Source: a virus
IMG/VR virus record: IMGVR_UViG_3300027509_000010
Strand: one strand, 5' to 3'
DNA: 32,871 bases
The position numbers were made by a program, and so were the translations under genes. The notes below the pieces were generated by a model. It was not told where the DNA came from. It searched no databases and saw nothing but the letters and a program-made list of their open reading frames with translations. Position 1 is the stretch's first letter. Each line of letters starts with the position of its first letter. Of this stretch, positions 1 to 6,048 are shown piece after piece.

Positions 1-127
1 ATGGGTGGAGGTATTGGCGGCCGGTGCGGCCGGGGACTGCTAGCTCTGGCTGGGTCATGCTTGGGTCTCCAGGGTGTACTCGATGGTGGTGGATTGATCG
101 ATGCCCAGGGCGACGGTGTGGGTGGGG
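1..127. repeat. Left copy of a 127-bp exact direct terminal duplication, indicating a circular or terminally redundant contig
   Basis: Bases 1-127 (atgggtggaggtattggcgg...gtgtgggtgggg) are identical base for base to 32745-32871. Confidence 0.95.
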
Positions 128-288
128 TTGGCCGTGAGCCAGGTGGTGATGGCCTTGGCCGCTTCCCGTTTGTCGTAGCCACTGTGGATGGCGTATTGGC
201 GGACGGAGCGTCCGGCGCTGTCTTTGACCACGGCCGAAGCGTGGTAGAGGACGTCGTCCGTCCTGGTGGTGGTTTGGGTGACTTTCAT
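55..288 (-). CDS. Hypothetical protein, 77 aa
   Basis: ATG start overlaps the stop of the upstream gene as ATGA (285-288). Its TGA overlaps the ATG of the 705-aa nuclease gene across the circular junction (55-58 = 32799-32802). Amino-acid composition looks normal rather than antisense-like. Confidence 0.7.
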   Translation of the reverse strand: MKVTQTTTRTDDVLYHASAVVKDSAGRSVRQYAIHSGYDKREAAKAITTWLTANPTHTVALGIDQSTTIEYTLETQA

Positions 289-569
289 GGTTGGTTCTTT
301 CGGTGTAGGTGATCTATTGCGATTGTGACAGCGAGGTAGGACAGTGCCAGCCAGGCCAGCGGTTTGTGGCCGGTGTATGCCCAGGCGATGGCGGCCAGCT
401 CGGCGCCGACGAGGAGTAGGACTATCCAGCGGAGTGGCGACCTCGGGGTGGTCCCGTAGTGGTCATGCCAGCCTGGAGGGATGAGCACTGGAGCGGACAC
501 GTTCGGGAGGTGGCGGTGTCGCCGGTTGTGGCGGAGCGTCGAGCGGACGGCGGATGCCCAGCTCATCAT
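285..569 (-). CDS. Small membrane protein, 94 aa, two predicted TM helices
   Basis: Start MMSWAS sits in an ATGATGA overlap with the upstream stop. Hydrophobic segments are WIVLLLVGAELAAIAWAY and LAWLALSYLAVTIAI. Confidence 0.65.
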   Translation of the reverse strand: MMSWASAVRSTLRHNRRHRHLPNVSAPVLIPPGWHDHYGTTPRSPLRWIVLLLVGAELAAIAWAYTGHKPLAWLALSYLAVTIAIDHLHRKNQP

Positions 570-916
570 CGGGAGAGTTTCTGGTCGTTGACGTAGGTGG
601 AGGCGGAACCGGCGAGCCAGAGGCCCAGGCGGAGTCCGGCGTTGCGCCAGAATGGGCGACGGACAGGGGACTCCCAGAGCGCTCCGCCGATTTCGATGGT
701 GTAGACCAGGCGGTCCCGGTGCTTGTGGCCGGGGGCCACGACGACGTCGGAGTGGCGGGCGTGGAGGGCGAACTCGTCGGCCCTGGTCTGGGCCTGGAGG
801 CTGTTGGCGTAGGTGTCGATGCACCACCAGCGGCGACCCAGGGCCAGGTAGTGGAGATATGCCTCCATCTGGTGTGGCTCACCGATGCAGATGGAGGCGA
901 TGCGAAACTGGGGCAT
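566..916 (-). CDS. Hypothetical protein, 116 aa
   Basis: Internal ATG of ORF 566..1114 overlaps the TAA of the upstream 61-aa gene by 1 nt. Composition is rich in W/Y/I/F/K, unlike the Gly/Val/Ala-rich antisense frame. Confidence 0.65.
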   Translation of the reverse strand: MPQFRIASICIGEPHQMEAYLHYLALGRRWWCIDTYANSLQAQTRADEFALHARHSDVVVAPGHKHRDRLVYTIEIGGALWESPVRRPFWRNAGLRLGLWLAGSASTYVNDQKLSR

Positions 917-1101
917 TACTGGCCGTACTTGGTGCGGAGGGTTTCTCCGGTGTAGATGACGGCGCCGTCGGTGTCGCTGTCGAGCTGGCGGGAGATGGCG
1001 TCCCAGCTCAATCCCTCCCCTCGACGTTCGGCGACCCAGTCCGGGAGGGCCTGGTCGAGCTTGATGTGGGCGAGTGTTTCCTGGGGTGTCTGTTTGGTCA
1101 T
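916..1101 (-). CDS. Small helix-turn-helix DNA-binding protein, 61 aa; first gene of the early operon
   Basis: The segment GLSWDAISRQLDSD has an HTH-like turn and recognition helix. The gene sits at the head of the long minus-strand gene string, divergent from the plus-strand gene at 1198. Confidence 0.6.
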   Translation of the reverse strand: MTKQTPQETLAHIKLDQALPDWVAERRGEGLSWDAISRQLDSDTDGAVIYTGETLRTKYGQ

Positions 1102-1197
1102 AGTCGCAGATCATATGGCAGATGGTTTGGAGAGGTCGGGATGGTGGCGGTGGGCGGGCCTATCGTTGACGGAATCCCTACAGAAAGCAACACACCC
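1102..1197. promoter_or_regulatory. Divergent intergenic control region
   Basis: 96-bp gap between divergent genes. On the minus strand TATGAT (revcomp of 1111-1116) lies 9 nt before the ATG at 1101 with no SD, which looks leaderless. GCAGAT is directly repeated at 1106-1111 and 1118-1123 around a CATATG palindrome. On the plus strand there is a TATCGT (TANNNT) at 1161-1166. Confidence 0.35.
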
Positions 1198-2454
1198 ATG
1201 ACAACCAACCGAGCGACACGGCCCCTGTTGGTCGTCGCACTCCTGGCCATGCTCCTGTCGAGCTTGTTCATTGCGACGGCCTCCGACTCCCAGGCCCAGG
1301 ACGGCGCTACCTGTCCGGCCGGGTTTCAATTGACGGCCGACGCCACCGCGTGTTTCCAGGCGGCGACGACGTCGACCAGCCCAGGAGTATGCGCCACTGG
1401 CCAGCCCACTCCCGACTCCCAGAATTGCTACGTCCTGGCGCGAGCTACAACCGAGACCGGCGAGGCCGTATGCCCAGATGACTACTCTCCAGACGACTCT
1501 CTTGGTGGGACGTGTGCTCGATTCGAGGCCGCCGCCCAGGACGCCGACATCTGCCCCGCTGGCGCCCGTGGAACTCCTGGCGCTTGCTACATCCTCGTGG
1601 CCAAGGGCTCGGACTCGGCGCCCGCTTGCACGGCGGAGGGCGCGGCCGCTGGCGGTGTCGTCTCTGGCTCCACTTGCGTCATCCCAGGACCGGCCCCGGA
1701 GGCTGGCACCAGGTGCCCCGTATCGGCAACGGTGACAGAGGCGGACGGTTCATGCTTTGAGACGGTCAGCCAGAACGTCTCCCCTGGCGCTTGCTCGGTC
1801 CCCTACATCGAGGTCGGCACCATCTGCAAGTTTCTCCCACCACTGGTCCAGGACGGTGGCTATGTCTGCCCAGAGGTTGCCGGTGTCACGATTGACAACG
1901 CCAGCCACAATCCAGGAACCCACACCAAGCTGACCCTCTGCTCCTACACCCCGGCCGCTATCAACACTGGATGTCCAGCCGGGACCACCCAGGTCGGCGA
2001 GACTTGCCGACGACCTCACCCTCTGGAGAACACTGGGTTGGCTTGCCAGGCGCCGTTTACCATCATTGACGGAGATACGTGTGTCCGCCACGAGGCCACG
2101 GTCATCATGGACGGCCAGTGCCCCACCACCTCGACGGAGGACACGGCGAACAATTGCCGCAAACCAGTCGCCAACCAGGACGGCCCATACATCTGCCCGA
2201 ACGGCGGGGCGCTCTCCGGGACGTCGTGCGTGTTCACTGCTGGGTTCCTGATTGACACGGACTCCATCTCCTACATGTGCGAGGCCGGTGACAGCGCCGT
2301 CCTCGCTGGGCAAGCGGTCTGTCTCCTGGCTGGCCCCACTGATGTCGTCGGTGTTGGATGCCTCCAGGGTGTCCTCTCGACGGACGGCCAGTTCTGCCTC
2401 GTGGACCTGGTCGTGACTCCGGCCTCGGTTCCTGTGCCAAGCTTTACTGGCTGA
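1198..2454 (+). CDS. Secreted cysteine-rich repeat protein, 418 aa, 14 two-Cys modules
   Basis: Sec-type signal peptide MTTNRATRPLLVVALLAMLLSSLFIATA/SD. The mature part has 28 Cys arranged as 14 pairs spaced 10-15 residues apart (one pair 23), and 8 pairs begin with CP, often as CPxG. It is a plus-strand gene followed by a strong hairpin terminator. Confidence 0.8.
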   Translation: MTTNRATRPLLVVALLAMLLSSLFIATASDSQAQDGATCPAGFQLTADATACFQAATTSTSPGVCATGQPTPDSQNCYVLARATTETGEAVCPDDYSPDDSLGGTCARFEAAAQDADICPAGARGTPGACYILVAKGSDSAPACTAEGAAAGGVVSGSTCVIPGPAPEAGTRCPVSATVTEADGSCFETVSQNVSPGACSVPYIEVGTICKFLPPLVQDGGYVCPEVAGVTIDNASHNPGTHTKLTLCSYTPAAINTGCPAGTTQVGETCRRPHPLENTGLACQAPFTIIDGDTCVRHEATVIMDGQCPTTSTEDTANNCRKPVANQDGPYICPNGGALSGTSCVFTAGFLIDTDSISYMCEAGDSAVLAGQAVCLLAGPTDVVGVGCLQGVLSTDGQFCLVDLVVTPASVPVPSFTG

Positions 2455-2499
2455 CAACTTCCGCTGGGACCCAGGAGCCGACGCCTGGGAGACCACGCG

Positions 2500-2550
2500 A
2501 AAAGGCCCCGCCACTTCCATCGCTGGAGGTAGCGGGGCCTTTCTCGTTTT
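2500..2550. terminator. Bidirectional intrinsic terminator between convergent genes
   Basis: aaaggccccgc (2501-2511) pairs with gcggggccttt (2532-2542). An inner 7-bp stem acttcca/tggaggt carries a tcgc tetraloop. The plus strand continues ctcgtttt, and the minus strand has a TTTT run. Confidence 0.6.
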
Positions 2551-2553
2551 GGG

Positions 2554-2748
2554 TTAAGCCAGGAGGTTGCGGCGGAGGCGGAGGCAGTGCTCGGCCTGGC
2601 GGTCGACGTCGAGGGCCAGGCGGAGGAACCGGCGCCCAGCCTGGGAGCCGTGGCCCCGCTCGGACGCCTTGCGGCGGAGGTCGTCGGCCTCGTTGCGGTG
2701 GATGCCCTCTGCGTTGTAGAGGCGGGTGATGTCTGCGGTGTTGTCCAT
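2554..2748 (-). CDS. Hypothetical protein, 64 aa; last gene of the accessory operon
   Basis: ATG-initiated ORF ending 4 nt before the bidirectional terminator. The sequence is charged and helical-looking. Confidence 0.55.
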   Translation of the reverse strand: MDNTADITRLYNAEGIHRNEADDLRRKASERGHGSQAGRRFLRLALDVDRQAEHCLRLRRNLLA

Positions 2749-2794
2749 AACAACACCCTACCGTGTACCAGGTGGCATACGCAACCTTGGTTGT

Positions 2795-3256
2795 TTATTC
2801 GAGCTGGAAAGGTTCCGTCCGCCACGTATGGAGGAGACCCTCGCGTCCACCCTCGGTGTCGATGGGAGTCTCGTGGCCGGTGAGCATCCAGACGGCGCCA
2901 CCCAGGGCCTCGTCCGCCTCCCGGACCTCCTCGGGGATGAGGTTGACGAACGTCTGAGTGACGCACCCCTCACGGTCTTGGCCGGTACCGGTCAGCAATC
3001 CCAGGACCACGCCTGGGGGCTCGACCGATTGCCACCAGAATGAGCCGACAACGTCCACCCTCTCGCGGTAGCACTTGGTCCCGGTGACGGAGACGGACTC
3101 CTCGGTGACCTCGTTGACGACCTGGACGGGGAAATCGGCGATGGGGTCCCAGACCCTGTTGGCGGCGACGGCGGCGAGGATGGCGGAGGTGGTGACCAGG
3201 GTCATGACGACCAGGGCGACCCAGGCGATTCGTGGAGTGTGGCGCTCGGGGCTCAT
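2795..3256 (-). CDS. N-terminally membrane-anchored protein, 153 aa
   Basis: ATGA overlap with the upstream gene (3253-3256). A single TM helix IAWVALVVMTLVTTSAILAAVAA is followed by a soluble domain of about 115 aa containing two Cys. Confidence 0.75.
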   Translation of the reverse strand: MSPERHTPRIAWVALVVMTLVTTSAILAAVAANRVWDPIADFPVQVVNEVTEESVSVTGTKCYRERVDVVGSFWWQSVEPPGVVLGLLTGTGQDREGCVTQTFVNLIPEEVREADEALGGAVWMLTGHETPIDTEGGREGLLHTWRTEPFQLE

Positions 3257-3588
3257 CTCTTGCCCTCGCTCGCCCAGTCGAGTTGCCGGTCCAGGGCGGC
3301 GGCCAGGGCGGCCTCTCGTTTCTGACTCTCCAGGAGGAGGACCTCCAGTTGCTTCTCTCGGTCCGCGGTGTCGGCCGTCTTCTGGCTGACGAGCTGGCCC
3401 CTGATGACAGCCCAGCCCAGGCCCAGGGTGACCAACCCCAGGACCCCGGTGGAGCCGTACTGGAGGACGTCGACCCCTGGGGTGACTGGGGTGGTCTGGC
3501 CCAGCCAGAGTCCGGCCTGGGCGGCGACGTTAGCGGCGAATGCGGCGGCGGTTGTGCCGAACGCTACGGGGAGGAGTGGGAGTGCCAT
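3253..3588 (-). CDS. Membrane protein with C-terminal coiled coil, 111 aa (holin-like topology)
   Basis: The internal ATG (MALPLLPVAFG...) is chosen because the longer ORF would overlap the upstream gene by 40 nt. There are two hydrophobic segments, then the charged helix KTADTADREKQLEVLLLESQKREAALAAALDRQ. Confidence 0.6.
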   Translation of the reverse strand: MALPLLPVAFGTTAAAFAANVAAQAGLWLGQTTPVTPGVDVLQYGSTGVLGLVTLGLGWAVIRGQLVSQKTADTADREKQLEVLLLESQKREAALAAALDRQLDWASEGKR

Positions 3589-3632
3589 ATCCGGCGAATG
3601 ATAGACCACCCATCCCCCACCCCTCGGCGATG

Positions 3633-3926
3633 TCAGGCCAGGCCGTTGAGCGCCCAGGACAACACCTCCCACTGGGCGTGGGCCACGAGCCCACCCAGGC
3701 CGTCCTCGCGGGCCTGGATGGACAGCTCCTGGAGCCGCTCCTCCATCTCGGTGTCACTCGGCGGGTCACCCAGCGGGGAGCATGAGGCGATGTCCACGGC
3801 GAGCCGGTTGTGGGCGATGGCCAGGCAGTCGTTGCACCACTCCCGGCCCTCGCCCAGAAAGGTGGCTGGCTGACCACAATGGCAGGGCGTGGAGACGGGG
3901 AGCCCCTCCAGGTCGAACAGTCTCAC
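3633..3926 (-). CDS. Zinc-ribbon protein, 97 aa
   Basis: GTG start overlaps the upstream TGA as GTGA (3923-3926). The motif is CHCG-x12-CNDC. Confidence 0.6.
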   Translation of the reverse strand: MRLFDLEGLPVSTPCHCGQPATFLGEGREWCNDCLAIAHNRLAVDIASCSPLGDPPSDTEMEERLQELSIQAREDGLGGLVAHAQWEVLSWALNGLA

Positions 3927-4696
3927 GGCGTCCCCCAGTTCGTGAGACGTCGAGGTGGTCGGACGTTGGCGATGGCCAGGCGAGTGGCCACCTCGTCCTC
4001 CCGGTGAAGGTGGCAGAGTGGGCGGCGGCGCTCGGCCCTGTTCCTGGTCCACGCCGGGAGCCCGCAATGGCGACACTCCCCGGCCAGGCCGCTGTCCTCA
4101 CCCAGGACGAGAGGGTCCGGCCCTCCACTCAGGGCGAGGGAGAGAGGGGCGAACGCCTCCGCCACTCGCTCCATGGCCTCGACCCACTGGTCCGACGCCT
4201 CGACGACCTGGACGACGGAATCGAACCACAGGTCCGGCCTGGGTAGGTCTCGGTCTCGGATGGTGAACTCCCGGAACCCTGGAGTGGCAGGGCCAGCCAC
4301 GGAGTGGAGGACCAGCGGGGAGATTCCCAGAGGCCAGCGCGCTCCGCCCGCCTCGACCAGGTCCCAGTAGTCCTCCGCCAGAGGGTCGAGCTGTCGCTCC
4401 GACGGGGAGGATGGGAACGGCGGCCGCCTGGCGACCAGGCCCTCCTCGTCCCGGACCTCGGTCATGTAAAGGCGACACGGTTGGCAGAACCATCCGTCCT
4501 CCAGGTCGAGGTGGAGCGAGGTGCAACGGACGCATCCATCGTCTATGACTGGGCCGACGTCGCTGTAGTGCTCCATGCTCCGCTGGGTGGGCGAGGCGAG
4601 GACGTCGAGGACGGCGTGGGTGGCCCTGGTGATGACGTCGGCCGGGAGGTGGAGGTCATCAATGCCCTCCAGGATGGAGTCGTAGGTGGTGGTCAT
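3923..4696 (-). CDS. Hypothetical protein with two zinc-ribbon motifs, 257 aa
   Basis: ATGA overlap with the upstream gene (4693-4696). Motifs are CVRC-x12-CQPC near the N-terminus and CRHCG-x15-CHLH near the C-terminus. Confidence 0.75.
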   Translation of the reverse strand: MTTTYDSILEGIDDLHLPADVITRATHAVLDVLASPTQRSMEHYSDVGPVIDDGCVRCTSLHLDLEDGWFCQPCRLYMTEVRDEEGLVARRPPFPSSPSERQLDPLAEDYWDLVEAGGARWPLGISPLVLHSVAGPATPGFREFTIRDRDLPRPDLWFDSVVQVVEASDQWVEAMERVAEAFAPLSLALSGGPDPLVLGEDSGLAGECRHCGLPAWTRNRAERRRPLCHLHREDEVATRLAIANVRPPRRLTNWGTP

Positions 4697-4887
4697 TTGA
4701 GCCAGCCCGATAGTCCGGTCCGGCCCTTGACGACCATGGCCGCCTTGCCCTCGTGGAGGGAGCAGTAGCGGCCGGGGTTGTAGATGGACAGGATGGTCCC
4801 GCACCCCTCGGCGCATCGGCGGCCCTCGACCTTGGCCTTGGGCTCGTGGGTGACGGTCTCTCCTGGCCGGTTCCGTAACGTCGCCAT
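4693..4887 (-). CDS. Small zinc-binding protein, 64 aa
   Basis: Start overlaps the LuxR gene stop by 1 nt. The motif is CAEGCG-x11-CSLH. Confidence 0.7.
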   Translation of the reverse strand: MATLRNRPGETVTHEPKAKVEGRRCAEGCGTILSIYNPGRYCSLHEGKAAMVVKGRTGLSGWLK

Positions 4888-5186
4888 TAGAGGAGCGCCT
4901 CCGGGACCTGATCGGCGGCGCCTGGGTGGAGGGCACCCATGACCACAATGGCCTTGTCCAGTTGCTTGACCCTGTAGCCCAGGACCAGGGCGACGGCCTT
5001 GGTTTGGCTGGGGACGTCGAGCTTGCGGAGGATGGCCTTGACCTGGTTGCGGACGGTGCCCTCGCCTTTCTTGAGTTTGGTGGCGACCTCGGCGATATCG
5101 AGGCCCTTGGTGAGGAGGCGGAGGACGTCGACCTCGGCCGGGGTGAGTGTCTTTATGAGCGAACCCAGAGGCTTGCGGCCGGTCAT
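4887..5186 (-). CDS. LuxR/GerE-family helix-turn-helix transcriptional regulator, stand-alone, 99 aa
   Basis: LTPAEVDVLRLLTKGLDIAEVATKLKKGEGTVRNQVKAILRKLDVPSQTKAVAL matches the GerE-type HTH pattern (LT.rE..vL.l...G....eIA..L..s..TV..h...i..KL.v..r..Av). ATGA overlap with the upstream gene. Confidence 0.88.
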   Translation of the reverse strand: MTGRKPLGSLIKTLTPAEVDVLRLLTKGLDIAEVATKLKKGEGTVRNQVKAILRKLDVPSQTKAVALVLGYRVKQLDKAIVVMGALHPGAADQVPEALL

Positions 5187-5401
5187 TGCTGGGCCTCCTT
5201 GCGTAGGTCGGCGATGACTTCCAGGAGCTGATTGCGTGTCCGCTCGGCGCCGTCGTTCTCCGCGTAGTTGAGGAGGCCGACCATGCGGAGGGCCACGTCC
5301 TCGCTCATGCCGGAGATGAGTGGCGTGCGGTCGAGGACTGTGCAGATGGCCCAGCGGTTGACGTCCCAGGAGTGTGGGCGGGCGGTAAATTTAATGCCCA
5401 T
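5183..5401 (-). CDS. Hypothetical protein, 72 aa
   Basis: The ATG (MGIKFT...) overlaps the upstream TGA by 1 nt. The ORF track extends it two codons to a TTG. Confidence 0.65.
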   Translation of the reverse strand: MGIKFTARPHSWDVNRWAICTVLDRTPLISGMSEDVALRMVGLLNYAENDGAERTRNQLLEVIADLRKEAQQ

Positions 5402-5649
5402 CAGCAAGACCCAAACCGCTCAGAGATTAGAGCGCCAGCAAACTCGCCATTTACATCAATCTCAAACCCATAGGATTCAAGACTCTCAACATGTTCAGGG
5501 GTGAGACTTTCCGCCCATCCAGGGCCTGGTGCTGGAATCCAGAACACGTCATGGCTACATCCAGAGAATCGGCTTACCCCTCCATCTGGGAGGTATTGCT
5601 GAATGATCCGTAGAGCCTTGATGAAATCCTCCAGGTGGTGCCGGTCCAT
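5401..5649 (-). CDS. Small acidic hypothetical protein, 82 aa, in a low-GC islet
   Basis: The ATG overlaps the upstream TGA by 1 nt. My hand count gives 129/249 GC (about 52%) against about 65% in the flanks. The protein has 13 Asp/Glu and 5 Lys/Arg. Confidence 0.65.
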   Translation of the reverse strand: MDRHHLEDFIKALRIIQQYLPDGGVSRFSGCSHDVFWIPAPGPGWAESLTPEHVESLESYGFEIDVNGEFAGALISERFGSC

Positions 5650-5783
5650 CAGAATGCCCAGCGGAGGAGGGCGACGGCGGTGGCGAACACGGCGAGGGCC
5701 AGGATGGCCAGGATGGTGACGGTGGCTCCGATGACGACGATGCGGGCCGTGTCCTCCGTGAGCTTGTCGTGGGTGGACTTCAT
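5649..5783 (-). CDS. Single-pass small membrane protein, 44 aa
   Basis: Internal ATG of ORF 5649..5846, preceded by AGGAGA 6 nt upstream. The TM helix is IVVIGATVTILAILALAVFATAVALL. Confidence 0.65.
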   Translation of the reverse strand: MKSTHDKLTEDTARIVVIGATVTILAILALAVFATAVALLRWAF

Positions 5784-5812
5784 AGGTTTCTCCTGTTGGT
5801 AGGTGTGGGGGT

Positions 5813-5841
5813 ACCATACAGGACAGGGCGCCCGGTTCCAA
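5813..5841 (-). promoter_or_regulatory. Sigma-70-like promoter for the accessory operon
   Basis: On the minus strand: TTGGAA (5841-5836), a 17-nt spacer, then TATGGT (5818-5813). The -10 ends 29 nt upstream of the ATG at 5783, and the leader contains the AGGAGA SD. Confidence 0.45.
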
Positions 5842-5982
5842 ACCATCTGGGATATGGGCCGCTCGACCCATGGAGAAACACCCAGCCAGGGCCGACCAGA
5901 TAGACATGGAAACCACGGCCATCCTCATCGCCTACCTCGACGGACACCTCCGCCTCGACCAGCTCGACGTGGCCCTGGCCTC

Positions 5983-6027
5983 AAAAAAGGGGAAAGGCCC
6001 TCCACCCCTGGAGAAAGGTGGAGGCCC
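5983..6027 (-). terminator. Intrinsic terminator ending the late/lysis operon
   Basis: On the minus strand: gggcctccacc, a 10-nt loop, ggtggagggcc (8 bp, one mismatch, 2 bp), then TTTCCCCTTTTTT. It starts 22 nt after the endolysin stop. Confidence 0.6.
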
Positions 6028-6048
6028 TCGACGTCGGCAACTACGACG

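Noticed and set aside
652-1197. 5' two-thirds of the long plus-strand ORF 652..2454 (600 aa)
   Set aside because: The upstream part is Gly/Arg/Pro/Ala-rich antisense noise overlapping three coupled minus-strand genes. A signal peptide begins exactly at the internal ATG at 1198, so the gene is called 1198..2454.
2434-2454. C-terminal ...VPVPSFTG of the Cys-repeat protein considered as a sortase (LPxTG-like) signal
   Set aside because: It is the extreme C-terminus, with no following hydrophobic segment or basic tail, and it does not match LPxTG.
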